A stretch of DNA of 64,000 nucleotides from Euglena gracilis (Eukaryota), in contig CP154954.1 in assembly GCA_039621445.1 (NCBI GenBank), positions 45,363,847 through 45,427,846 of the forward strand, written 5' to 3'. Within the stretch, counting starts at the first letter, position 1; every line of letters starts with the position of its first letter. The position numbers were made by a program, and so were the translations under genes. The notes below the pieces were generated by a model that saw only the letters and a list, made by a program, of their open reading frames with translations, ran no database searches and was not told the origin of the DNA. Positions 1 to 13,450 of the stretch are shown one piece after another.

Positions 1-23
1 CAACCAAAGTATTTAAGCTGATC

Positions 24-3000
24 ATGCAAATTTCGCACCTGCAAGACGAGACCGACAAAGAGGCCTTCGAAGCGGCGTGGAGCAACATTTTCTTACAAGA
101 ATCGCTGACAACAGCCTTCTTGCGAGATGCCGACGCTACCGCCGTGATGGCCACGATTGGTTCAGGTCAGAAGTGGACTGGAGCAGGGTGGGATACAACC
201 CGCTGTGCCCTTGCTGTACGGAAGCTCACTGGAGTGGCTATGGTGGAGTCTACCCTACAACCATATCTGGCGGCTTACCTCTACAGCTTGGCACTCACGA
301 AGAACGTCTCGATACCGTCATTGGAGCTAAGCGACAAGGCGTCGGACGTGGCCTTCAAGCTGTACGAGAAGTGGACGACGGCGACGACGACGACGACGGC
401 GGAGATGGATCGCGACGAGGAGGCAGCGCGCGCGGCGGAGGAAGCCCAGGACTTCCCCTGGCAGACGGCCGAGGAGGCACTGCCGGGGGACCTGGACACG
501 ATATGGACACAGGTACAGTCTGGGGACTTACGATTGGATGTACGAAGTTTGCTGGAACAGATACCCACCTGGAAGACCCTGAAGCCCAAAGCGGAGGAAA
601 ACAACCACCGTCAAGACGGTAAGAGTGGGTATGACCGCACCCTGCGTGCAGTCCAGCAGAAGTTCTTGAACATACTGCGTATCTTGGCAGCGCTGCACTG
701 CACCTTACAAGGAGCCCCTGAAGACGTATTGGGTTTGAGCCAACAATTGTTCGCATACGTGGCTGCCTGTGAAGGAGACATTGTCAAGGAGAGGAAGCGG
801 AGAAGCATCCCTCAGACCATACAACCAGGAAACGGCCTGTTCACCCCTGAAGACATTAAAATGGCCAAAGCCCAAGCTGGCATCAACAAAGAGGGTATCA
901 AATCCCCCTTCCAGGGTGAGTTCCCCATGTGGCATTTTCCCACCCCCACAGGTGGAAAAGGGTGGAATGGCCAACAAATTGGCAACCGAGACCATGGCGG
1001 TCTGGCCCCAAAGGGAAAGGCAAGTCCAAAGGAGGAAAATGGTTTGCCCAACATCTTGCCAGGAAGTATTGCTCCTTCCTTTTCAGATCAGAACTCATCA
1101 AGTCCCAAGAGGACATTGTGTCCTCCAGAGCTGGGCATTGCGCCGCAAAGTCCACCAGCCCTGAGGGGCAGAAACCAAGACATCTGCAGGCTGTGGGAAG
1201 CTGCATGCTTGAGATCTGTGGAACAGATCACCGAGGTGCTGCTGCTGACAGAGGAACACTTTCTGGGAGTGCCTCTGTTTCAGAGGCTTCAGGACCAGCT
1301 GCCATGGTGGCAAAAGGTTGCCCCCCCCAGGGTGTTGCAACTCATCACACAGGACAAAGGGGGTAACACCCCCTTGGGAGTCACCCCCCTCCCTCAGCAC
1401 ATGCTCCATACCAAAGTCAAAGGTGGAAATACAAAAGGCAAAAAGCATTTTACAGGACTATTTTCAGGCAGGAGCCATAAAACCAGTCCCCTGGGAGGGT
1501 ACCCAACACACCATCCCTTGGTTTGTAATCTCCAAAAAAGAGCCTCAGGGGGAAAAACATCGTTTAATCAGCGACTGTCGCCAACTGAACCAGCTTTTTT
1601 CCCCACACCCCTTCAAACTGGACAACATCCAGGACATCTTCAGGCACCTGAAAAGAGGACAATGGGGTGCGAAAGTAGACTTAAAGGACGCCAACTTTCA
1701 TTTCATGTTGAACCCAGCACTAAGACCCTACATGAGGATGACTCTGGAAGACACATGCTGGGAGTTCCAGAGTTTTCTGAGATGTCTCTTTTCTGGGAAT
1801 TCACTTGGATTTTCTGGCTTCAGCGCTTCAAATACCACTTTTTTGTAATCCTTCCGCTGGAACTTCCACCAGTAAAACCCAATGCAAGGCATCAAAAAAA
1901 AGTATTCCAAGACGTTTTGAACAAGGTATTCAGCTTATTGCCACCTACAAAGTGAAATGGCAATTTTTTCTGTGAATTAGGCTTTGCTCTTCCTAATTTT
2001 TGCTGTAGCCAGCCGCCCTCCCACACACCCCTCCCAGGCCAATGCCGACAACCCACGAAGTTGGGCGGCTGGCATTGATCTGGGGATTTTGGTCTGGGGG
2101 TGGTTTTTTTTTCAGGGGGGGGGGGCGCTGTCGAGGAGATAATGTACAAGAAAACCGATTAAAGCGTAAAGCAGCTGCTGCCAGCAATCCCAGCCAATAC
2201 AACACAATCCATGACCCCCCCTTGCCCACTCCTGGGCCCATTTGGGACGCCATCTGAGGAACCTGTGGTTTCCCCCCAGAAACCACAAGTTATCCCAGAA
2301 GGCCCCCCAGAAGCCCAGGCTGGCTCGGGTTGCCAATTGTGAATGCCAGGGCAGGGCCCCCTTGAAGCGGCACCCACAAAATGGCAGGGCCAGCAACCAA
2401 CATTTTCAAAATCCAAAACTGACATTTAAATTCTGACAATTGATTTTGCAAATCTTTTTTTGGCATTGACATGTTGAGCTTTCTTCTGCCCAAAACTGTG
2501 TGCATTGATCCGAGCCGAATCAGGTACCATTGACTGCCCAAAGGATTTACAACACAAATGGACAATTGAAACTGAGTTGCACAGTGTGTGGTGTGGCATA
2601 AGGGGCTGCTGGGCCCAAAAATGCTAAAGCATTTGCCTCCCAACATCACAGCAGTACAGAACTTTGGGACTGGAAATGACATGTACATTTTGCCTGGTGT
2701 GTCCTGGGGCTGCTGGGCCCAAATTTGCTTTTGGAAAGTGCCTCCCAACCCAAAATGGTGTGGCAAAAGGGGCTACGTGGCCCGAACTTTCCAGCAACGG
2801 ACTCCCAACCCAAACAAAAGGCACAAACTGCAGAAAACTGTCACAGAATCTGTTCCAACTGTTTTTCAACCATCCAACACCCAGCTGCAAATTACACATC
2901 ACCAATCTGCAGCATGAACAGGGTGTCCATCAGCAGTACATACCACAGCTTACTGCAGGTTCTGGAGGTTGTTGATCTTCCTCCTGCTGCTGCTGGCAGC

Positions 3001-3850
3001 TCCAGCTGCATTTCACTTCTAAATGTCCTTCTTCGATGGTTCATTCACTGATACTTGAACAACATGCCTTGGCAAACCAGAATACCCTGAGTTTTCTGAG
3101 ATGTCTCTTTTCTGGGAATTCACTTGGATTTTCTGGCTTCAGCGCTTCAAAATACCACTTTTTTGTAATCCTTCCGCCGGAACTTCCACCAGTAAAACCC
3201 AATGCAAGGCATCAAAACAAAGTCTTCCAAGACGTTTTGAACAAGGTATTCAGCTTATTGACCACTACAAAGTGAAATGGCAATTTTTTCTGTGAATTAG
3301 GCTTTGCTCTTCCTAATTTTTGCTGTAGCCAGCCGCCCTCCCACACCAGGCAGCTTGTTTTGGTTTAAATGTGCTGCCAGAAAAATTCATGAGTCTAATG
3401 AAATGCCTGGAAAAACGTTGGAGGGCCAAAGGCCTTTTATGTTTTGTGTACCTGGACGACATCCTCCTGATAGGAGACAGTCAGAAGCAAGTCAGCAACC
3501 ACCTGGCCATCATGCTAGCAGATTTACTGCAGGGGGGTTTCAAAATCAACAGCAAGAAATCAATCCCTCAACCCACCCAAAATCTCCCCCATTTGGGATT
3601 TCACCTCAATCTGGCACAGGTAAAATTACAGTTGGGGACAGAAAAGCTGAAAATGGTTCGGAGGGAACTGGGGAAATTAGTCACACACCAGTCCCTCAGT
3701 TGCAGGAAAATGGCCTCAATTTTGGGATGCATAAGAAGCTTCTTGGTGGGGCTGCCATTCCTCAGGGCATTCACAGACACTTTGGTAGGTTTTGTCAACC
3801 TACAAGAAAAATTTGGCTGGGATCATCAGGTTCCAATCCTGCGATTTTTC
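24..3850 (+). mobile_element. Truncated DIRS-type retrotransposon, array copy 1 (gag-like ORF + interrupted RT)
   Basis: RT N-half KHRLISDCRQLN...KVDLKDA (1318-1770) and C-half QAACFGL...VYLDDILL (3347-3850) match the DIRS RT at 47-49 kb. No RNase H, MT or recombinase follows. Confidence 0.85.
1771..3345 (-). mobile_element. Non-autonomous LTR element (TRIM-like) inserted in the DIRS RT; also at 6571-8141 and 11369-12943
   Basis: ~255-bp direct repeats (1771-2025, 3090-3345), 4-bp TSD CCAG, minus-strand PPT GGGAGGGG. Removing it restores RT WEFQ-AACFG. Confidence 0.85.
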
Positions 3851-4619
3851 GGCCATTTTCGGGGGAAAGTGAGTGGGTGGTTGGGTGGGGGTCCCGGTCG
3901 TTAAACCCCCCCATGGTCGGCAAGCAACGGTTTGAGGCTTTTTCGTGCAGCCCTTCCAGTGAATTCTTTGTTGTTTCTCACCAGATGCTTTTTTTTTGTT
4001 TGGGAGATGTTTCAACACCAAGAGATCCCAACACCATCATCGCTTTTGTGAGAATCTCACCACTGTCCAGAAGTGTCCAACCAGTCGGGAGGGAGGTTCT
4101 TGACAATCACATAAACTTCTGCCCCTGCCACTGTTTCTGCCCACGTCATCTGTCACATGAGAAGCAGGATAGTTACTTTGCAGAAAGGTTAAAAAGACAG
4201 TATTTGTTGTTTGAGAGAAATTTGTTTTTTGAAAGAAATTGATTTTCTGCAAGCAAAACCCTCATCATCACAATTTCAGGCATTGCCCAAACTCTCGGTC
4301 TTTGGCACAATTAGGCAGAGAGAAAAACGTTTGAAATGGTTTGGACGGAATTAGTTCACTAACATATGAACCCCATTTCCAGGGAAAAGAGGCCTGCGAC
4401 TCCTGGTATATTCGGGGGGCAGTGGGCCAAATAATTGAACTTCATCTTGTGCGGAAGCGTCCGCGGCAGACCACTGCTCAACACCTGTCCCACCCCCGGG
4501 GCCAATGGCCAAAAAGTGACCGGTTTTCCTGAGTGGCCGACCCCCCCGCCCCGGAGGGAATAAAGTGACTGACAAGTTTGGCCGAGAAAAGTGGCTGGCT
4601 GGTTTTTTCGGAGTGGAAA

Positions 4620-7600
4620 TCGGACTCCGGTGAAGAATGATCCAGGAGGAAGGGACAGCGAAGGCGGAGCACAAGACAACAGTGAGGTCCTGCTCTTCTT
4701 TCCGGCTGTTGTTTGTGTTTTTTGGTGTTGGTTGTGGTGTTTCTTACTGCTTTTCTTTGCCGGAGTAGGCGGATCATAACGTCCTTTTGGCACGGAGCTG
4801 CAACCAAAGTATTCAAGCTGATCATGCAAATTTCGCACCTGCAAGACGAGACCGACAAAGAGGCCTTCGAAGCGGCGTGGAGCAACATTTTCTTACAAGA
4901 ATCGCTGACAACAGCCTTCTTGCGAGATGCCGACGCTACCGCCGTGATGGCCACGATTGGTTCAGGTCAGAAGTGGACTGGAGCAGGGTGGGATACAACC
5001 CGCTGTGCCCTTGCTGTACGGAAGCTCACTGGAGTGGCTATGGTGGAGTCTACCCTACAACCATATCTGGCGGCTTACCTCTACAGCTTGGCACTCACGA
5101 AGAACGTCTCGATACCGTCATTGGAGCTAAGCGACAAGGCGTCGGACGTGGCCTTCAAGCTGTACGAGAAGTGGACGACGGCGACGACGACGACGACGGC
5201 GGAGATGGATCGCGACGAGGAGGCAGCGCGCGCGGCGGAGGAAGCCCAGGACTTCCCCTGGCAGACGGCCGAGGAGGCACTGCCGGGGGACCTGGACACG
5301 ATATGGACACAGGTACAGTCTGGGGACTTACGATTGGATGTACGAAGTTTGCTGGAACAGATACCCACCTGGAAGACCCTGAAGCCCAAAGCGGAGGAAA
5401 ACAACCACCGTCAAGACGGTAAGAGTGGGTATGACCGCACCCTGCGTGCAGTCCAGCAGAAGTTCTTGAACATACTGCGTATCTTGGCAGCGCTGCACTG
5501 CACCTTACAAGGAGCCCCTGAAGACGTATTGGGTTTGAGCCAACAATTGTTCGCATACGTGGCTGCCTGTGAAGGAGACATTGTCAAGGAGAGGAAGCGG
5601 AGAAGCATCCCTCAGACCATACAACCAGGAAACGGCCTGTTCACCCCTGAAGACATTAAAATGGCCAAAGCCCAAGCTGGCATCAACAAAGAGGGTATCA
5701 AATCCCCCTTCCAGGGTGAGTTCCCCATGTGGCATTTTCCCACCCCCACAGGTGGAAAAGGGTGGAATGGCCAACAAATTGGCAACCGAGACCATGGCGG
5801 TCTGGCCCCAAAGGGAAAGGCAAGTCCAAAGGAGGAAAATGGTTTGCCCAACATCTTGCCAGGAAGTATTGCTCCTTCCTTTTCAGATCAGAACTCATCA
5901 AGTCCCAAGAGGACATTGTGTCCTCCAGAGCTGGGCATTGCGCCGCAAAGTCCACCAGCCCTGAGGGGCAGAAACCAAGACATCTGCAGGCTGTGGGAAG
6001 CTGCATGCTTGAGATCTGTGGAACAGATCACCGAGGTGCTGCTGCTGACAGAGGAACACTTTCTGGGAGTGCCTCTGTTTCAGAGGCTTCAGGACCAGCT
6101 GCCATGGTGGCAAAAGGTTGCCCCCCCCAGGGTGTTGCAACTCATCACACAGGACAAAGGGGGTAACACCCCCTTGGGAGTCACCCCCCTCCCTCAGCAC
6201 ATGCTCCATACCAAAGTCAAAGGTGGAAATACAAAGGGCAAAAAGCATTTTACAGGACTATTTTCAGGCAGGAGCCATAAAACCAGTCCCCTGGGAGGGT
6301 ACCCAACACACCATCCCTTGGTTTGTAATCTCCAAAAAAGAGCCTCAGGGGGAAAAACATCGTTTAATCAGCGACTGTCGCCAACTGAACCAGCTTTTTT
6401 CCCCACACCCCTTCAAACTGGACAACATCCAGGACATCTTCAGGCACCTGAAAAGAGGACAATGGGGTGCGAAAGTAGACTTAAAGGACGCCAACTTTCA
6501 TTTCATGTTGAACCCAGCACTAAGACCCTACATGAGGATGACTCTGGAAGACACATGCTGGGAGTTCCAGAGTTTTCTGAGATGTCTCTTTTCTGGGAAT
6601 TCACTTGGATTTTCTGGCTTCAGCGCTTCAAATACCACTTTTTTGTAATCCTTCCGCTGGAACTTCCACCAGTAAAACCCAATGGAAGGCATCAAAAAAA
6701 AGTATTCCAAGACGTTTTGAACAAGGTATTCAGCTTATTGCCACCTACAAAGTGAAATGGCAATTTTTTCTGTGAATTAGGCTTTGCTCTTCCTAATTTT
6801 TGCTGTAGCCAGCCGCCCTCCCACACACCCCTCCCAGGCCAATGCCGACAACCCACGAAGTTGGGCGGCTGGCATTGATCTGGGGATTTTGGTCTGGGGG
6901 TTTTTTTTTTCAGGGGGGGGGCGCTGTCGAGGAGATAATGTACAAGAAAACCGATTAAAGCGTAAAGCAGCTGCTGCCAGCAATCCCAGCCAATACAACA
7001 CAATCCATGACCCCCCCTTGCCCACTCCTGGGCCCATTTGGGACGCCATCTGAGGAACCTGTGGTTTCCCCCCAGAAACCACAAGTTATCCCAGAAGGCC
7101 CCCCAGAAGCCCAGGCTGGCTCGGGTTGCCAATTGTGAATGCCAGGGCAGGGCCCCCTTGAAGCGGCACCCACAAAATGGCAGGGCCAGCAACCAACATT
7201 TTCAAAATCCAAAACTGACATTTAAATTCTGACAATTGATTTTGCAAATCTTTTTTTGGCATTGACATGTTGAGCTTTCTTCTGCCCAAAACTGTGTGCA
7301 TTGATCCGAGCCGAATCAGGTACCATTGACTGCCCAAAGGATTTACAACACAAATGGACAATTGAAACTGAGTTGCACAGTGTGTGGTGTGGCATAAGGG
7401 GCTGCTGGGCCCAAAAATGCTAAAGCATTTGCCTCCCAACATCACAGCAGTACAGAACTTTGGGACTGGAAATGACATGTACATTTTGCCTGGTGTGTCC
7501 TGGGGCTGCTGGGCCCAAATTTGCTTTTGGAAAGTGCCTCCCAACCCAAAATGGTGTGGCAAAAGGGGCTACGTGGCCCGAACTTTCCAGCAACGGACTC

Positions 7601-8650
7601 CCAACCCAAACAAAAGGCACAAACTGCAGAAAACTGTCACAGAATCTGTTCCAACTGTTTTTCAACCATCCAACACCCAGCTGCAAATTACACATCACCA
7701 ATCTGCAGCATGAACAGGGTGTCCATCAGCAGTACATACCACAGCTTACTGCAGGTTCTGGAGGTTGTTGATCTTCCTCCTGCTGCTGCTGGCAGCTCCA
7801 GCTGCATTTCACTTCTAAATGTCCTTCTTCGATGGTTCATTCACTGATACTTGAACAACATGCCTTGGCAAACCAGAATACCCTGAGTGTTCTGAGATGT
7901 CTCTTTTCTGGGAATTCACTTGGATTTTCTGGCTTCAGCGCTTCAAAATACCACTTTTTTGTAATCCTTCCGCCGGAACTTCCACCAGTAAAACCCAATG
8001 CAAGGCATCAAAACAAAGTCTTCCAAGACGTTTTGAACAAGGTATTCAGCTTATTGACCCCTACAAAGTGAAATGGCAATTTTTTCTGTGAATTAGGCTT
8101 TGCTCTTCCTAATTTTTGCTGTAGCCAGCCGCCCTCCCACACCAGGCAGCTTGTTTTGGTTTAAATGTGCTGCCAGAAAAATTCATGAGTCTAATGAAAT
8201 GCCTGGAAAAACGTTGGAGGGCCAAAGGCCTTTTATGTTTTGTGTACCTGGACGACATCCTCCTGATAGGAGACAGTCAGAAGCAAGTCAGCAACCACCT
8301 GGCCATCATGCTAGCAGATTTACTGCAGGGGGGTTTCAAAATCAACAGCAAGAAATCAATCCCTCAACCCACCCAAAATCTCCCCCATTTGGGATTTCAC
8401 CTCAATCTGGCACAGGTAAAATTACAGTTGGGGACAGAAAAGCTGAAAATGGTTCGGAGGGAACTGGGGAAATTAGTCACACACCAGTCCCTCAGTTGCA
8501 GGAAAATGGCCTCAATTTTGGGATGCATAAGAAGCTTCTTGGTGGGGCTGCCCTTCCTCAGGGCATTCACAGACACTTTGGTAGGTTTTGTCAACCTACA
8601 AGAAAAATTTGGCTGGGATCATCAGGTTCCAATCCTGCGATTTTTCGGCC
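4620..8650 (+). mobile_element. Truncated DIRS-type retrotransposon, array copy 2
   Basis: Begins with the DIRS terminal sequence TCGGACTCC...GTGAGGTCCTGCT, similar to 45702-45858. Same gag and RT pieces as copy 1 (4713-6755, 6118-6570, 8167-8700). Confidence 0.85.
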
Positions 8651-9417
8651 ATTTTCGGGGGAAAGTGAGTGGGTGGTTGGGTGGGGGTCCCGGTCGTTAA
8701 ACCCCCCCATGGTCGGCAAGCAACGGTTTGAGGCTTTTTCGTGCAGCCCTTCCAGTGAATTCTTTGTTGTTTCTCACCAGATGCTTTTTTTTTGTTTGGG
8801 AGATGTTTCAACACCAAGAGATCCCAACACCATCATCGCTTTTGTGAGAATCTCACCACTGTCCAGAAGTGTCCAACCAGTCGGGAGGGAGGTTCTTGAC
8901 AATCACATAAACTTCTGCCCCTGCCACTGTTTCTGCCCACGTCATCTGTCACATGAGAAGCAGGATAGTTACTTTGCAGAAAGGTTAAAAAGACAGTATT
9001 TGTTGTTTGAGAGAAATTTGTTTTTTGAAAGAAATTCATTTTCTGCAAGCAAAACCCTCATCATCACAATTTCAGGCATTGCCCAAACTCTCGGTCTTTG
9101 GCACAATTAGGCAGAGAGAAAAACGTTTGAAATGGTTTGGACGGAATTAGTTCACTAACATATGAACCCCATTTCCAGGGAAAAGAGGCCTGCGACTCCT
9201 GGTATATTCGGGGGGCAGTGGCCAAATAATTGAACTTCATCTTCTTGTGCGGAAGCGTCCGCGGCAGACCACTGCTCAACACCTGTCCCACCCCCGGGGC
9301 CAATGGCCAAAAAGTGACCGGTTTTCCTGAGTGGCCGACCCCCCCGCCCCGGAGGGAATAAAGTGACTGACAAGTTTGGCCGAGAAAAGTGGCTGGCTGG
9401 TTTTTTCGGAGTGGAAA

Positions 9418-12400
9418 TCGGACTCCGGTGAAGAATGATCCGGGAGGAAGGGACAGCGAAGGCGGAGCACAAGACAACAGTGAGGTCCTGCTCTTCTTTC
9501 CGGCTGTTGTTTGTGTTTTTTGGTGTTGGTTGTGGTGTTTCTTACTGCTTTTCTTTGCCGGAGTAGGCAGATCATAACGTCCTTTTGGCACGGAGCTGCA
9601 ACCAAAGTATTTAAGCTGATCATGCAAATTTCGCACCTGCAAGACGAGACCGACAAAGAGGCCTTCGAAGCGGCGTGGAGCAACATTTTCTTACAAGAAT
9701 CGCTGACAACAGCCTTCTTGCGAGATGCCGACGCTACCGCCGTGATGGCCACGATTGGTTCAGGTCAGAAGTGGACTGGAGCAGGGTGGGATACAACCTG
9801 CTGTGCCCTTGCTGTACGGAAGCTCACTGGAGTGGCTATGGTGGAGTCTACCCTACAACCATATTGGCGGCTTACCTCTACAGCTTGGCACTCACGAAGA
9901 ACGTCTCGATACCGTCATTGGAGCTAAGCGACAAGGCGTCGGACGTGGCCTTCAAGCTGTACGAGAAGTGGACGACGGCGACGACGACGACGACGGCGGA
10001 GATGGATCGCGACGAGGAGGCAGCGCGCGCGGCGGAGGAAGCCCAGGACTTCCCCTGGCAGACGGCCGAGGAGGCACTGCCGGGGGACCTGGACACGATA
10101 TGGACACAGGTACAGTCTGGGGACTTACGATTGGATGTACGAAGTTTGCTGGAACAGATACCCACCTGGAAGACCCTGAAGCCCAAAGCGGAGGAAAACA
10201 ACCACCGTCAAGACGGTAAGAGTGGGTATGACCGCACCCTGCGTGCAGTCCAGCAGAAGTTCTTGAACATACTGCGTATCTTGGCAGCGCTGCACTGCAC
10301 CTTACAAGGAGCCCCTGAAGACGTATTGGGTTTGAGCCAACAATTATTCGCATACGTGGCTGCCTGTGAAGGAGACATTGTCAAGGAGAGGAAGCGGAGA
10401 AGCATCCCTCAGACCATACAACCAGGAAACGGCCTGTTCACCCCTGAAGACATCAAAATGGCCAAAGCCCAAGCTGGCATCAACAAAGAGGGTATCAAAT
10501 CCCCCTTCCAGGGTGAGTTCCCCATGTGGCATTTTCCCACCCCCACAGGTGGAAAAGGGTGGAATGGCCAACAAATTGGCAACCGAGACCATGGAGGTCT
10601 GACCCCAAAGGGAAAGGCAAGTCCAAAGGAGGAAAATGGTTTGCCCAACATCTTGCCAGGAAGTATTGCTCCTTCCTTTTCAGATCAGAACTCATCAAGT
10701 CCCAAGAGGACATTGTGTCCTCCAGAGCTTGGCATTGCGCCGCAAAGTCCACCAGCCCTGAGGGGCAGAAACCAAGACATCTGCAGGCTGTGGGAAGCTG
10801 CATGCTTGAGATCTGTGGAACAGATCACCGAGGTGCTGCTGCTGACAGAGGAACACTTTCTGGGAGTGCCTCTGTTTCAGAGGCTTCAGGACCAGCTGCC
10901 ATGGTGGCAAAAGGTTGCCCCCCCCAGGGTGTTGCAACTCATCACACAGGACACAAGGGGGTAACCCCCCCTTGGGAGTCACCCCCCTCCCTCAGCACAT
11001 GCTCCATACCAAAGTCAAAGGTGGAAATACAAAAGGCAAAAAGCATTTTACAGGACTATTTTCAGGCAGGAGCCATAAAACCAGTCCCCTGGGAGGGTAC
11101 CCAACACACCATCCCTTGGTTTGTAATCTCCAAAAAAGAGCCTCAGGGGGAAAAACATCGTTTAATCAGCGACTGTTGCCAACTGAACCAGCATTTTTCC
11201 CCACACCCCTTCAAACTGGACAACATCCAGGTCATCTTCAGGCACCTGAAAAGAGGACAATGGGGTGCGAAAGTAGACTTAAAGGACGCCTACTTTCATT
11301 TAATGTTGAACCCAGCACTAAGACCCTGCATGAGGATGACTCTGGAAGACACATGCTGGGAGTTCCAGAGTTTTCTGAGATGTCTCTTTTCTGGGAATTC
11401 ACTTGGATTTTCTGGCTTCAGCGCTTCAAATACCACTTTTTTGTAATCCTTCCGCTGGAACTTCCACCAGTAAAACCCAATGGAAGGCATCAAAACAAAG
11501 TATTCCAAGACGTTTTGAACAAGGTATTCAGCTTATTGCCACCTACAAAGTGAAATGGCAATTTTTTCTGTGAATTAGGCTTTGCTCTTCCTAATTTTTG
11601 CTGTAGCCAGCCGCCCTCCCACACACCCCTCCCAGGCCAATGCCGACAACCCACGAAGTTGGGCGGCTGGCATTGATCTGGGGATTTTGGTCTGGGGGTG
11701 GTTTTTTTTTCAGGGGGGGGGGGCGCTGTCGAGGAGATAATGTACAAGAAAACCGATTAAAGCGTAAAGCAGCTGCTGCCAGCAATCCCAGCCAATACAA
11801 CACAATCCATGACCCCCCCTTGCCCACTCCTGGGCCCATTTGGGACGCCATCTGAGGAACCTGTGGTTTCCCCCCAGAAACCACAAGTTACCCCAGAAGG
11901 CCCCCCAGAAGCCCAGGCTGGCTCGGGTTGCCAATTGTGAATGCCAGGGCAGGGCCCCCTTGAAGCGGCACCCACAAAATGGCAGGGCCAGGCACCAACA
12001 TTTTCAAAATCCAAAACTGACATTTAAATTCTGACAATTGATTTTGCAAATCTTTTTTTGACATTGACATGTTGAGCTTTCTTCTGCCCAAAACTGTGTG
12101 CATTGATCCGAGCCGAATCAGGTACCATTGACTGCCCAAAGGATTTACAACACAAATGGACAATTGAAACTGAGTTGCACAGTGTGTGGTGTGGCATAAG
12201 GGGCTGCTGGGCCCAAAAATGCTAAAGCACTTGCCTCCCAACATCACAGCAGTACAGAACTTTGGGACTGGAAATGACATGTACATTTTGCCTGGTGTGT
12301 CCTGGGGCTGCTGGGCCCAAATTTGCTTTTGGAAAGTGCCTCCCAACCCAAAATGGTGTGGCAAAAGGAGCTACGTGGTCCGAACTTTCCAGCAACGGAC

Positions 12401-13450
12401 TCCCAACCCAAACAAAAGGCACAAACTGCAGAAAACTGTCACAGAATCTGTTCCAACTGTTTTTCAACCATCCAACACCCAGCTGCAAATTACACATCAC
12501 CAATCTGCAGCATGAACAGGGTGTCCATCAGCAGTACATACCACAGCTTACTGCAGGTTCTGGAGGTTGTTGATCTTCCTCCTGCTGCTGCTGGCAGCTC
12601 CAGCTGCATTTCACTTCTAAATGTCCTTCTTCGATGGTTCATTCACTGATACTTGAACAACATGCCTTGGCAAACCAGAATACCCTGAGTTTTCTGAGAT
12701 GTCTCTTTTCTGGGAATTCACTTGGATTTTCTGGCTTCAGCGCTTCAAAATACCACTTTTTTGTAATCCTTCCGCCGGAACTTCCACCAGTAAAACCCAA
12801 TGCAAGGCATCAAAACAAAGTCTTCCAAGACGTTTTGAACAAGGTATTCAGCTTATTGCCACCTACAAAGTAAAATGGCAATTTTTTCTGTGAATTAGGC
12901 TTTGCTCTTCCTAATTTTTGCTGTAGCCAGCCGCCCTCCCACACCAGGCAGCTTGTTTTGGTTTAAATGTGCTGCCAGAAAAATTCATGAGTCTAATGAA
13001 ATGCCTGGAAAAACGTTGGAGGGCCAAAGGCCTTTTATGTTTTGTGTACCTGGACGACATCCTCCTGATAGGAGACAGTCAGAAGCAAGTCAGCAACCAC
13101 CTGGCCATCATGCTAGCAGATTTACTGCAGGGGGGTTTCAAAATTAACAGCAAGAAATCAATCCTTCAACCCACCCAAAATCTCCCCCATTTGGGATTTC
13201 ACCTCAATCTGGCACAGGGAAAATTACAGTTGGGGACAGAAAAGCTGAAAATGGTTCGGAGGGAACTGGGGAAATTAGTCACACACCAGTCCCTCAGTTG
13301 CAGGAAAATAACCTCAATTTTGGGATGCATAAGAAGCTTCTTGGTGGGGCAGCCCTTCCCCAGGGCATTCACAGACACTTTGGTAGGTTTTGTCAACCTA
13401 CAAGAAAAATTTGGCTGGGATCATCAGGTTCCAATCCTGCGATTTTTCGG
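9418..13450 (+). mobile_element. Truncated DIRS-type retrotransposon, array copy 3 (most diverged)
   Basis: Same layout with extra indels and substitutions (e.g. DLKDAYFH here vs DLKDANFH in copies 1-2). Confidence 0.85.

Noticed and set aside
24-1955. 643/680-aa ORFs as real single proteins
   Set aside because: They are chimeric: gag-like start, off-frame RT, then read-through into the TRIM LTR.
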